This document shows positions 7,045 through 18,467 of a DNA stretch of 34,510 nucleotides, in pieces (position 1 is the stretch's first letter; each line of letters opens with the position of its first letter). This DNA is from Candidatus Omnitrophota bacterium. Its GTDB lineage: Bacteria; Omnitrophota; Gorgyraeia; DTHP01. The DNA is taken from positions 1 through 34,510 of the forward strand of contig JAMWCM010000001.1 in the NCBI GenBank assembly GCA_023818355.1, given 5' to 3'. Position numbers and translations under genes: made by a program. Under the pieces are notes generated by a model. It made no database searches. It saw nothing but the letters and a program-made list of their open reading frames with translations, and was not told the origin of the DNA.

Positions 7045-8868
7045 TTATTCTACCGTCACCGATTTAGCTAAATTTCGGGGCTGGTCTATATCGCAGTTGC
7101 GTAAAACTGCAATGTGGTAGGCTAAAAGTTGTAAGGGTAAAACGGTAAGAAAAGGTGTGAAGAGTTCGTCAATTTTGGGAAGCGAGATAATTTCGTCAGC
7201 ATGTGCTTTAATAATTTCATCCCCTTGTGTGGCTAAGGCAATTACTTTGCCTTTTCTTGCTCTTACTTCCTGAATATTGGAAAACATCTTTTCATAGAGT
7301 TTACCCTGAGGAACAATACAGACCACCGGCATATTTTCATCAATTAAAGCAATCGGACCGTGCTTCATCTCTCCTGCAGGATAACCTTCCGCATGGATAT
7401 AAGAAATTTCTTTTAGTTTCAAGGCTCCCTCCAAAGCATTGGGAAAATCTCTCCCCCTGGCTAAATATAAGAAACAGTTTGCCGAGAAAAATCTCCGGGC
7501 AATCTTTTTAATCTCCCCCTCATCTTTTAGAAGTGTTTCCATATGGAGGGGAAGGTTTTTAAATTCTCCTATTAAGTGGCTTAACTTCTCTTCGGCAATT
7601 TTTTTCTTAAGCCCTGCCAGATAAAAAGCAAAAAGATATAAGATACCCAACTGTGCGGTATAAGCTTTTGTAGAGGCAACTCCGATCTCCGGGCCAGCAT
7701 GGGTATAAATTACCCCATCGGATTCCCGGGCAATAGAGGAGCCAAGGACATTACAGATAGAAATTACCCTTATCTGTTTCTGTTTTGCCTCCCTTATACA
7801 GGCAAGTGTATCTGCAGTTTCTCCGGACTGCGAAATAGCCAAAATCAAAGTATTTTTATCTAAAAGAGGATAACGATAGCGAAATTCACTGGAAACCTCT
7901 ACCTCCACAGGGATTCCAGCCAATTCTTCCAAGATATACTTTCCCACCAAGCCTGCATGATAGGCGGTTCCACAGGCAACAATAAAAATTTTCTTAAAAC
8001 CTAAGAGTTCTTTATCGGAAAAACCCATCTCTTCCCAAAGAATTTTCTCTTCATAAATTCTTCTTCTACAAATCTGATTTAATACCCAGGGTTGTTCATA
8101 AATCTCTTTAAGCATAAAATGGGGATGACCGTTCTTTTCCGCCAAAGAAATGTCCCATTCAATTTTGTTTACCTTGCGCTTAAGCAACCTACCCTGAAAG
8201 TCCTTGATTTCTATCTGTTTTTCCGTAATTATCGCCATCTCCTGGTCATTTAAATAAAAAACTAAATTGGTATAATCTAAGATTGCCGGAATATCCGAGG
8301 CAATAAAATTCCCATTCTTACCTGTCCCCACAATCAGCGGGCTTCCCAGACGCACCCCAATTAACTTCTCCGGTTCGCGCTGAGAAATTATTCCCAGGCT
8401 ATAGGCACCCTTTAACTCTTTTAAGGCTTTTCGGACTGCTTCTTCTAAGTTGCCATGGTAATATTTTTCTACTAAGTGCGCAATTACCTCTGTATCGGTC
8501 TGGGAGAGAAAGAGATGACCTTCCTTAATTAATTTCTCTTTTAAAAGATGATAATTCTCAATAATCCCATTATGAACTACGGCGATTTCTCCCTTACAAT
8601 CCAGATGGGGATGAGCATTAATTTCATTTACTTCGCCATGGGTTGCCCAGCGCACATGGCCAATTCCTAAGCGTGCCGAAGGAATTTCTTGAGTCAAGAG
8701 GTTATTAAGCACGGTAAGCTTCCCCGGGGCTTTGCACAGAAAAATTCCCTCTTTTCCCACTAAAGCAATCCCACTGGAATCGTAACCACGATACTCCAGC
8801 CTCCGCAATCCATTTAAGATAATCGGCTTTGCCTCTTCCTTACCAATATATCCAATTATTCCACACAT
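7045..8868 (-). CDS. glmS: glutamine--fructose-6-phosphate aminotransferase (isomerizing)
   Basis: 607 aa with an MCGIIGYIG N-terminal nucleophile Cys, two SIS domains and the C-terminal ...LAKSVTVE signature. Confidence 0.97.
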   Translation of the reverse strand: MCGIIGYIGKEEAKPIILNGLRRLEYRGYDSSGIALVGKEGIFLCKAPGKLTVLNNLLTQEIPSARLGIGHVRWATHGEVNEINAHPHLDCKGEIAVVHNGIIENYHLLKEKLIKEGHLFLSQTDTEVIAHLVEKYYHGNLEEAVRKALKELKGAYSLGIISQREPEKLIGVRLGSPLIVGTGKNGNFIASDIPAILDYTNLVFYLNDQEMAIITEKQIEIKDFQGRLLKRKVNKIEWDISLAEKNGHPHFMLKEIYEQPWVLNQICRRRIYEEKILWEEMGFSDKELLGFKKIFIVACGTAYHAGLVGKYILEELAGIPVEVEVSSEFRYRYPLLDKNTLILAISQSGETADTLACIREAKQKQIRVISICNVLGSSIARESDGVIYTHAGPEIGVASTKAYTAQLGILYLFAFYLAGLKKKIAEEKLSHLIGEFKNLPLHMETLLKDEGEIKKIARRFFSANCFLYLARGRDFPNALEGALKLKEISYIHAEGYPAGEMKHGPIALIDENMPVVCIVPQGKLYEKMFSNIQEVRARKGKVIALATQGDEIIKAHADEIISLPKIDELFTPFLTVLPLQLLAYHIAVLRNCDIDQPRNLAKSVTVE

Positions 8869-8888
8869 CTTTATCTCGCTTTATCCTA

Positions 8889-8963
8889 CGACCCTGACGG
8901 GATTTGAACCCGTGCCGAGGGCTCGAAAGGCCCTTGTCCTCAACCAGACTAGACGACAGGGTC
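8889..8963 (-). tRNA. tRNA-Glu (anticodon TTC)
   Basis: GACCCTG/CAGGGTC acceptor, AGGGC-CTTTCGA-GCCCT anticodon arm, ACGGG-TTCAAAT-CCCGT T arm, 75 nt. CCA is not encoded. Confidence 0.85.
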
Positions 8964-9000
8964 AAAGTTAAAATCCAAGACTCAAATATCAAAGTGCAAA

Positions 9001-11448
9001 TTACCTATCTGAATTATCCTCCTCTTCCTCCTCCACTAAACTGGCTATACAGGAAACTTTATCTTTGGGTTCTAAACGGATGAGCCTTACTCCTTGGGCT
9101 GCTCTTCCGGTTACCCGGATATCTTTTACCGCACAGCGCACCAGCATCCCCGAGGAACTGATAATCATCAACTCATCTTTATCACTAACCGTCTTTAATC
9201 CCACTACCTCTCCGTTTTTCTTCGTAACCTTAATATTAATAATCCCTTTTCCCCCCCGTGATTGGCTCCGATATTCTTCCACCGGTGTCCGTTTCCCAAA
9301 ACCTAAGGCAGTAACTGTAAGTAAGGTAGCATCTTTCTTTACCAATTCCATGGCAATTACCCGATCATTCTTACCTAACCTAATCCCCCTTACTCCGCGC
9401 GCACTCCGGCCCATAGGCCTTATTTCCTCCTCCGAAAAACGGATTGCCTTACCCTGCTGGGTGGCTAAAAAAATTTCCTCCTTTCCCTGAGTCAATTCCA
9501 CTTCAATTAACTCATCTCCCTTTTCCAAGGTAATGCCGATTATTCCTCCTTTGCGGGGATGGCTGAAGGCTTCCAAGGGAGCCTTCTTTAGCAAACCGTT
9601 CTTTGTCGCCATAACCAAATAGTGGTCTTCTTTAAACTCCCTTACCGGAACAAAGGCACTGATTTTTTCATTTGCCTCTAACTCTAAGAGATTGACTATG
9701 GCTTTCCCTTTAGCAATTCTTCCTGCCTGAGGGATATCATAGACCTTAAGCCAGTGAACTTTCCCAATATTTGTAAAAAAGAGAATATAATCATGGGTAG
9801 AGGCAATAAAGAGATGTTCTATAAAGTCTTCCTCTCTTAACTCCGCACCGGTAACCCCTTTCCCTCCCCGTTTCTGTCGCCGATAAGCACTTACCGGAAG
9901 TCTTTTAATATAACCACTATGGCTGATGGTAATCACCACATCTTCTTCAGCAATTAAATCCTCTATCTCCAGTTCCTCCTCTTCAGGGATTATCTCGGTA
10001 AGTCTTCTATCCCCATATTTATTCTTCAGAGTCAGCACTTCCTCTTTAATAATTTCCAAAACTTTCTTTTCACTTTTTAAGATTGCCTCATAGAGCTGAA
10101 TGTTTTTAATCAAGGCAAGATACTCCTCATCAATCTTCTCTCTCTCCAGAGCAGTAAGTCGTTGCAGTTGCATCTCCAAAATTGCCTGCGCCTGCTCCTC
10201 TGTTAATTTGAAGTTTTCCCGAAGGTTGGTTTTTGCCTCTACCACTGTTTTTGACTGACGGATGGTCTTAATTACTTTATCTAAGTTTGCCAGAGCAACC
10301 TTTAAACCCTCTAAGATATGGGCGCGTTTTTTTGCCTTTTCTAATTCAAAAGTGGTCCTGCGGAGGATGATATTTTTGCGATGCTTTATATATTCTTGAA
10401 GCATCTCTTTGAGATTCAAAACCCGCGGACGGTTATCCACCAATGCCAGCATAATTATCCCAAAAGAGGTTTCCAGCTGGGTATGTTTATAAAGCTGATT
10501 GAGAATCACTCTTGACGGAGCATCGCGTTTTAATTCCACCACAATCCGCATCCCTTCTTTATCAGATTCATCACGTAAATCGGAAATCCCTTCAATCTTC
10601 TTTTCTTCCACCAGTTTAGCAATCTGCTCAATAAGGTTTGCTTTATTTACCTGATAGGGAATTTCCGTAATCACAATTGCTTCCTTACCTGATTTCTGTT
10701 CCTCAATGACTGCACGGGCGTGCAGTTTAATCACCCCCCGGCCTGTCCGATAAGCTTCTTTTATCCCCTCTGTACCACAGATAAAAGCACCCGTAGGGAA
10801 ATCCGGCCCCTTGATTACCTTACTCAAATCTTCTATCTCTATTTCCGGATGGTCAATCACCTTTACAATCCCCTCGGCCACCTCCGCCAGATTATGGGGA
10901 GGAATATTTGTCGCCATCCCCACGGCAATTCCACTGGAGCCATTGACTAAAAGATTGGGTAAAACTGCTGGTAAAACCACCGGCTCAGTCAAAGACTCAT
11001 CAAAATTGGGAACAAAATCTACAGTCTCTTTTTCAATATCCGTAAGCATCTCCTCAGCAATTGCTGAGAGTCTTGCTTCTGTATAACGCATTGCTGCTGG
11101 GGCATCGCCATCAATGGAGCCAAAATTACCCTGTCCTTCAATCAAAGGATATCTCAAAGAGAAATCCTGAACCATCCTTACCAAAGCATCGTAAACTGCC
11201 ATGTCTCCATGGGGATGGTATTTACCTAAGGTTTCTCCCACAATTCGGGCACATTTTTTATAAGGCTTATTGTGTTCAAGCCCCAATTCCTTCATCACAT
11301 AAAGTATCCGCCGATGCACAGGTTTTAATCCATCGCGGACATCGGGCAAAGCCCTTCCCACAATTACACTCATCGCATAAGAAATGTAAGAAGCCTTCAT
11401 TTCATCCTCAATATCCACCGGGATTACCTTTGTATGGCGGTCATACAT
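9001..11448 (-). CDS. gyrA: DNA gyrase subunit A
   Basis: 815 aa with ...[27 protein letters not shown]..., the active-site region [10 protein letters not shown], a GyrA-box-like QKRGGKGV and an acidic tail. GAGGAG SD upstream. Confidence 0.97.
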   Translation of the reverse strand: MYDRHTKVIPVDIEDEMKASYISYAMSVIVGRALPDVRDGLKPVHRRILYVMKELGLEHNKPYKKCARIVGETLGKYHPHGDMAVYDALVRMVQDFSLRYPLIEGQGNFGSIDGDAPAAMRYTEARLSAIAEEMLTDIEKETVDFVPNFDESLTEPVVLPAVLPNLLVNGSSGIAVGMATNIPPHNLAEVAEGIVKVIDHPEIEIEDLSKVIKGPDFPTGAFICGTEGIKEAYRTGRGVIKLHARAVIEEQKSGKEAIVITEIPYQVNKANLIEQIAKLVEEKKIEGISDLRDESDKEGMRIVVELKRDAPSRVILNQLYKHTQLETSFGIIMLALVDNRPRVLNLKEMLQEYIKHRKNIILRRTTFELEKAKKRAHILEGLKVALANLDKVIKTIRQSKTVVEAKTNLRENFKLTEEQAQAILEMQLQRLTALEREKIDEEYLALIKNIQLYEAILKSEKKVLEIIKEEVLTLKNKYGDRRLTEIIPEEEELEIEDLIAEEDVVITISHSGYIKRLPVSAYRRQKRGGKGVTGAELREEDFIEHLFIASTHDYILFFTNIGKVHWLKVYDIPQAGRIAKGKAIVNLLELEANEKISAFVPVREFKEDHYLVMATKNGLLKKAPLEAFSHPRKGGIIGITLEKGDELIEVELTQGKEEIFLATQQGKAIRFSEEEIRPMGRSARGVRGIRLGKNDRVIAMELVKKDATLLTVTALGFGKRTPVEEYRSQSRGGKGIINIKVTKKNGEVVGLKTVSDKDELMIISSSGMLVRCAVKDIRVTGRAAQGVRLIRLEPKDKVSCIASLVEEEEEDNSDR

Positions 11449-11464
11449 CCTAAACTCCTCACTT

Positions 11465-12616
11465 TCAATCTTTAAAACGCTGGTAGATTCCCTCTATTTT
11501 GTCTCTTATATTCATAAAGGCATCCACAATAACCGGGTCAAATTGTTTCCCTTTCCCCTCTTCTACAATCCGGTAGCATTCCTCCAGAGAGTAGGCCTGT
11601 TTATAAATCCTCTCCAGACTGCAGGCATCAAAAACATCGCAGACACTCACCAGACGGGCAGAGAGGGGAATTTCTCTTCCCTTTAACCCTTGGGGATAAC
11701 CCGAGCCGTCAAATTTTTCCTGATGGTAATAGACAATCTCTACACCCATTTTAAAAAAAGAAAAGCCCTTGCTTTTTAAATTTTCTTCAATTGCCTCTAA
11801 GATTTCCTTCCCAATAACCGTATGTCTTTTCATCTCTTCAAATTCTTCCGGGGTAAGTTTCCCCGGCTTTCTTAAAATAGCATCGGATATTCCCACCTTC
11901 CCAATATCATGTAAGGGGCTGAAATCATAAACATCCTGAATAAACTCCTCATCAATCTCATCCTTGTAGATACTCTGGGTGGCTAATTCTATGGCTAAGG
12001 CACGCGAATAATATTTTATCCTTTTTATATGCTGACCGGTTTCCAAATCCCTTTTCTCCGCTAAGTTCGCCAAGCCCATCACTGTGGTAAGAGCAAGTTC
12101 GCGCATCAAGAAAGTTTTTTCAAAAACTGTGGAGATGTGGGTAGAAACAAAACGCAGGAAATTTATATGGTGTTGATTATAGATATTTGCCTGCGGATGA
12201 CAAAAAAACATCATCCCCACCCCTTTATCACGCACTTTTAAGGGGAGGATAAGCGTTGCCAGAACCCCTTCTCCAAATACCCGGCTCGGCCAAACATATT
12301 GGGGATTCCTTTCCGAATAAACCTCCAAGTTATTAATCACTCTCGGGATACCGGTTTTAACTATTTCATCAAGTTCTGTGTGGCTATAAGGTATCTCGTA
12401 ACCCCGGTAAAAAAGCGGTTTTTCCGCAATTACCTTGCGGTTATTAATACATTCTCCCTCCTCATCAATCAAAGCCAAGCCAACCCGTTCAAAGGGAAGA
12501 TAGGACTTAAAATTCTGGACAATGAACTCTAAGAGATGGTTGAAGGTAGTTTTGCTATGCAAATGGCTAAGCATATTCATAAACTTATTATCCTGATAAA
12601 ATTCTCTCTCCCTCAT
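11465..12616 (-). CDS. GAF sensor domain + HD-GYP domain protein (putative cyclic-di-nucleotide phosphodiesterase)
   Basis: 383 aa. The N-terminal ~165 aa are GAF-like. The C-terminal half has [45 protein letters not shown] and VCDVFDA, which are the HD and GYP motifs. An AGGAG SD lies 4-5 nt before the ATG, and the gene is 9 nt downstream of the gyrB stop. Confidence 0.85.
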   Translation of the reverse strand: MREREFYQDNKFMNMLSHLHSKTTFNHLLEFIVQNFKSYLPFERVGLALIDEEGECINNRKVIAEKPLFYRGYEIPYSHTELDEIVKTGIPRVINNLEVYSERNPQYVWPSRVFGEGVLATLILPLKVRDKGVGMMFFCHPQANIYNQHHINFLRFVSTHISTVFEKTFLMRELALTTVMGLANLAEKRDLETGQHIKRIKYYSRALAIELATQSIYKDEIDEEFIQDVYDFSPLHDIGKVGISDAILRKPGKLTPEEFEEMKRHTVIGKEILEAIEENLKSKGFSFFKMGVEIVYYHQEKFDGSGYPQGLKGREIPLSARLVSVCDVFDACSLERIYKQAYSLEECYRIVEEGKGKQFDPVIVDAFMNIRDKIEGIYQRFKD

Positions 12617-12625
12617 TGGGCTCCT

Positions 12626-15324
<2,699 letters not shown>

Positions 15325-15327
15325 CTT

Positions 15328-16416
15328 TTAAACCAACTGCATCGGAAGAATGATATGAATAAAGTTCGGAAGTCTAATTACCCCGGGTTTATCCGCATCC
15401 TCTAATTCCCAGGGGATTTCTTCTTCTTTTATGCTTTTTAAAACATCAAGCAAATAATAAGGGTTAAAGCCAATGGCGATCTCTTTTCCTCCATACTCTA
15501 TGGGAAGCTCTTCCCGGGCTTCTCCGATTTCGGGAACAATCTTAGAAATAACCATTTTGTCTTTAAAAACTTCTATCTTTATAGAGAGCGATTCCGCAGT
15601 GGTAAATAAACTAACCCGCCGAATTGCCTGTAAAAAAGGCTCTCTTCTTATTTTTAATTTAACCTTTTTTTCTGGGGGGATGACCTGTTGATAATCGGGG
15701 AAGTTACCCTCCAATAACCGTGAAATAATTAAGGTATCATCAAGTTTAAAACATACCTGGTTTTCACTCTGGATAATTTTAACCTCCCCTTCCTCTTTAA
15801 GGAGCCGATTTAATTCCTGAACAGTCTTTAAGGGAACTACCATTTGAAAATTAACCGGTTTTTCTATGTTTTTAGTCACCAGTGAAAGTCTTCTTCCATC
15901 TGTAGCCACTAAGTTTAAAGATTTCTCTTTTAAATCAAAAAATACTCCATTAAGGATATAGCGTGCTTCTTCCCGGGAGACAGCAAAGATAGTCAATTCC
16001 AATAAGTTCTTCAGTTCTTTCTGTCCTAAGACCAAATCCTCTTCTTTTTCAATTTTGGGAATCTTAGGAAACTCTTCTGCAGGAATACCCATTAATTTAA
16101 AGAAACTGTTTTCATAGAGGATATGGATACTGTTATTTTTTTTCACGGAGATATTGATTTCCTTTTCCCCAGATAATTCTTTAATAATTTCACTAAATCT
16201 TTTTGCGGGAACAGTAATTTTTCCCTCTTCTTCAATTTCTGCAGGAATAGTTTTAGAAATTCCGATATCTAAGTCAGTGGCAATCATCCGCAGACTATCT
16301 TTCTGGGTTTCCAGAAGAAAGTTTGCCAACACCGGTAGAGTAATCCGGGTGGAAATTACATTCTGTAAAGCTTGAATTGCCTCGGTTAAGTTTTCTCGCT
16401 TCACTCTTATCTTCAT
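15328..16416 (-). CDS. dnaN: DNA polymerase III beta sliding clamp
   Basis: 362 aa with three-domain clamp architecture, starting MKIRVKRENLTEAIQALQNVISTRITLPVLANFLLE. Located immediately downstream of dnaA. Confidence 0.96.
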   Translation of the reverse strand: MKIRVKRENLTEAIQALQNVISTRITLPVLANFLLETQKDSLRMIATDLDIGISKTIPAEIEEEGKITVPAKRFSEIIKELSGEKEINISVKKNNSIHILYENSFFKLMGIPAEEFPKIPKIEKEEDLVLGQKELKNLLELTIFAVSREEARYILNGVFFDLKEKSLNLVATDGRRLSLVTKNIEKPVNFQMVVPLKTVQELNRLLKEEGEVKIIQSENQVCFKLDDTLIISRLLEGNFPDYQQVIPPEKKVKLKIRREPFLQAIRRVSLFTTAESLSIKIEVFKDKMVISKIVPEIGEAREELPIEYGGKEIAIGFNPYYLLDVLKSIKEEEIPWELEDADKPGVIRLPNFIHIILPMQLV

Positions 16417-16466
16417 TACTTCTCCTTTCTTTAAAAATAATAGTTATAGTAGTAAAGAAATTTATC

Positions 16467-16475
16467 TGTGGATAA
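16467..16475 (-). promoter_or_regulatory. DnaA box (TTATCCACA, perfect) in the AT-rich dnaA-dnaN spacer
   Basis: Plus strand reads TGTGGATAA. Confidence 0.7.
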
Positions 16476-16542
16476 TTTATCTATTATAAACTTAAGTATT
16501 TTATTTCTATAAAATTAAAAAACTTCATTTTTTATAATAATC

Positions 16543-16559
16543 TGTGAATTTTATTCACA
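16543..16559. promoter_or_regulatory. palindrome TGTGAAT-ttt-ATTCACA containing a TTATTCACA DnaA-box match (16551..16559)
   Basis: Direct reading. TTATTCACA fits TTATNCACA. It overlaps the dnaA stop codon. Confidence 0.5.
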
Positions 16560-17892
16560 ACCTACTTTTTATCTGGTCAACAATTTTATCAATTAATTCT
16601 TTAAGTTCATTATTTTTTTTAAGATCATTTTTAATCTTATTCCAGGCGTGTAAAACCGTGGTATGGTCCTTTCCTCCAAAATACATTCCAATATCTGGGA
16701 AAGAAAGGCCGGTTAATTCTCTACCCAAATACATGGCAATCTGCCTGGGGAAAACTACGGCTTGATTTCTTCTTTTGGTACGCATATCCGAAAAACGAAT
16801 ATGGAAATAATCGGCTACTTTTTTTTGAATCACATCTATGGTAATCTTACTTTCTTCTTCCACGATCATATCTTTTAAAACCTTCTGGGTTACCTCCAGA
16901 CTAATCTTTTCTCCCGTCAATTGTGTATAGGCGATTACCCTTACCAAGGCACCCTCCAATTCCCGAATATTATTTTTAATTTTTTCCGAGATAAAAAAAA
17001 TTACTTCCTGAGGTACTTCAATATTGGCTAACTCTGCCTTCTTCCTTAAAATAGCGCTGCGGGTTTCAAAATCTGGAGGTTGGATATCGGTAACTAAACC
17101 CCAACCGAAGCGAGAAACCAATCTCTCTTCTAAACCGTGGATGTCCTTGGGAGAACGATCACTGGAAAGCACAATCTGTTTATGGGCATCGTAAAGGGTA
17201 TTAAAGGTATGAAAAAATTCCTCTTGAGTGCTTTCCTTACCGGCAATGAAATAGATATCATCAATGAGCAGGACATCAATATTCCGATAGCGTTCTCTAA
17301 ATTTGTTTGTGAGGCGATTTTGGATTGCGCTGATTAACTGATTGGTGAAATCTTCACTGGAAATATAAAGCAGATTGGCTTGCGGATTTTTATGATAGAT
17401 ATAATGCGTAATTGCCTGAAGAAGATGGGTCTTACCCAAGCCTACTCCTCCATAAATAAATAAAGGATTATATGCCCTTGCCGGAGATTCGGCTACCGCT
17501 AAACAAGCAGCCTGGGCAAAACGGTTACTGGGTCCAACGACAAAATTCTCAAAAGTATAAAGGGGATTTAATCTCAATTTCTCTCCTTCTTTTTTAATTC
17601 TCGGTGAGAAGCCCTCTTCTCCTCGGTTCTCCCTCTCCGGGAAGGAAACAAAATCAATTTTTATCTCTCCCTGACCAATTTCTTGTAATCCTTCTTTGAG
17701 AATTTTTCCATACCTTTCTTTAAGCCATTCACTGAAGAATTGATCCGGGGCTCCAATGATTAAGGTATTATTATCCAATCCCAGCGGTTTAAGTATGGAA
17801 AACCAAGTTTCATAACTGCGGGGGTGGATTTTTTTCTGCACAGTGGACATGAGCGTTAACCAGAGTTCATTTTTATTTTTTTCTTTCATCAT
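16555..17892 (-). CDS. dnaA: chromosomal replication initiator protein DnaA
   Basis: AAA+ Walker A GGVGLGKTHLLQA, box VII, and C-terminal DNA-binding domain motifs (QIAMYLGRELTGLSFPDIGMYFGGKDHTTVLHA). I place the start at ATGATG (17892). The track's GTG at 17955 lies inside a DnaA box and upstream of the promoter. Confidence 0.95.
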   Translation of the reverse strand: MMKEKNKNELWLTLMSTVQKKIHPRSYETWFSILKPLGLDNNTLIIGAPDQFFSEWLKERYGKILKEGLQEIGQGEIKIDFVSFPERENRGEEGFSPRIKKEGEKLRLNPLYTFENFVVGPSNRFAQAACLAVAESPARAYNPLFIYGGVGLGKTHLLQAITHYIYHKNPQANLLYISSEDFTNQLISAIQNRLTNKFRERYRNIDVLLIDDIYFIAGKESTQEEFFHTFNTLYDAHKQIVLSSDRSPKDIHGLEERLVSRFGWGLVTDIQPPDFETRSAILRKKAELANIEVPQEVIFFISEKIKNNIRELEGALVRVIAYTQLTGEKISLEVTQKVLKDMIVEEESKITIDVIQKKVADYFHIRFSDMRTKRRNQAVVFPRQIAMYLGRELTGLSFPDIGMYFGGKDHTTVLHAWNKIKNDLKKNNELKELIDKIVDQIKSRL

Positions 17893-17908
17893 TTTGTAAG
17901 ATAAGAGT

Positions 17909-17937
17909 ATTATAAAATATAAAAATAAATTTGTCAA
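17909..17937 (-). promoter_or_regulatory. dnaA promoter, full sigma70 consensus (TTGACA-17 nt-TATAAT)
   Basis: Minus strand reads TTGACA (17937..17932), a 17-nt spacer, then TATAAT (17914..17909). There are 16 nt from the -10 to the ATG. Confidence 0.6.
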
Positions 17938-17947
17938 CACAAAATAG

Positions 17948-17967
17948 TTATCCACATTTTATGCACA
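17948..17967 (+). promoter_or_regulatory. two direct DnaA boxes, TTATCCACA (17948..17956) and TTATGCACA (17959..17967)
   Basis: Direct reading. Both fit TTATNCACA. The starts are 11 bp apart, and the boxes lie 10 nt upstream of the dnaA -35. Confidence 0.7.
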
Positions 17968-18021
17968 GAAAATCCTTCCTTATAGTCGGGTCTCAAAGAT
18001 AATTTCCCTTTTCTTATTTAC

Positions 18022-18050
18022 TTGACTTGCACAAAAAATTTGCTTAAAAT
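18022..18050 (+). promoter_or_regulatory. rpmH promoter (TTGACT-17 nt-TAAAAT)
   Basis: Direct reading. The -10 ends 37 nt before the rpmH ATG. Confidence 0.5.
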
Positions 18051-18087
18051 ATATCCCACCATTATGGACTAATAAGAAAGGAAAGGA

Positions 18088-18225
18088 ATGAAAAAAAATC
18101 TCCGACCCATTACCCTCTTGAAAAGAAAAAGAAAACATGGTTTTCGTAAACGTATGGCTGACCGCTGGGGAAGAGCGGTTTTAAACCGGAGAAGAAAAAA
18201 GGGAAGAAAGCGCTTAACTGTTTAA
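18088..18225 (+). CDS. rpmH: 50S ribosomal protein L34
   Basis: Hand translation gives [45 protein letters not shown], 45 aa. An AAGGAAAGGA SD lies upstream. Below the ORF-track length cut-off. Confidence 0.93.
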   Translation: MKKNLRPITLLKRKRKHGFRKRMADRWGRAVLNRRRKKGRKRLTV

Positions 18226-18227
18226 AG

Positions 18228-18467
18228 ATGTTGAAAACTCTGCTTATCCTTGGCTTGGAGGTTTATAAAAATTTCTTTTCGGGACTCTTTCCTAAAAGCT
18301 GTCGTTTTTTCCCCAGCTGCTCTGAATATACCTTGGAGGCAATCAACAAAAAGGGAGTCGCGCGGGGAATTATTCTGGGAATAGCCCGGATTTTGCGCTG
18401 TCATCCTTTAACTCCCGGTGGCTATGATCCCTTAGAAGAAGAGGAGAGATGGAGAAGAGAAGTCTAA
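18228..18467 (+). CDS. yidD: membrane protein insertion efficiency factor YidD
   Basis: 79 aa with CRFFPSCSEYTLEAINKKG...RILRCHPLTPGGYDP, the YidD signature. Confidence 0.93.
   Translation: MLKTLLILGLEVYKNFFSGLFPKSCRFFPSCSEYTLEAINKKGVARGIILGIARILRCHPLTPGGYDPLEEEERWRREV

Noticed and set aside
8869-8888. A possible glmS ribozyme or regulatory leader upstream of glmS.
   Set aside because: Only 20 nt separate glmS from tRNA-Glu. That is far too short for the ~170-nt ribozyme, and no conserved core sequence is present.
8970-9000. The 12-mer tttgatatttga is shared between the gyrA/tRNA-Glu spacer (minus strand) and the heptamer array at 251..281, which could indicate a dispersed repeat family.
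   Set aside because: The match is short and low in complexity, in an AT-rich genome. It does not extend beyond about 12 nt. Chance cannot be excluded from one window.
9065-9490. Long antisense ORFs inside housekeeping genes in the six-frame track. Examples: 9065..9490, 11061..11453, 14573..14959, 30461..30850, 4639..4998, 1950..2318 and 2988..3338.
   Set aside because: Each lies entirely inside, and opposite to, a strongly supported conserved gene (gyrA, gyrB, ntpB, thrS, trkA). Their translations are low-complexity Ser/Pro/Leu/Phe-rich with no recognisable motifs and no SD. This is typical shadow-ORF behaviour.
17893-17955. A 21-codon N-terminal extension of dnaA (MDNYFVLTNLFLYFIILLSYK) from a GTG at 17955.
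   Set aside because: The GTG lies inside the TTATCCACA DnaA box, and the extension runs across the consensus -35/-10 promoter. The ATGATG at 17892 gives a normal DnaA N-terminus.
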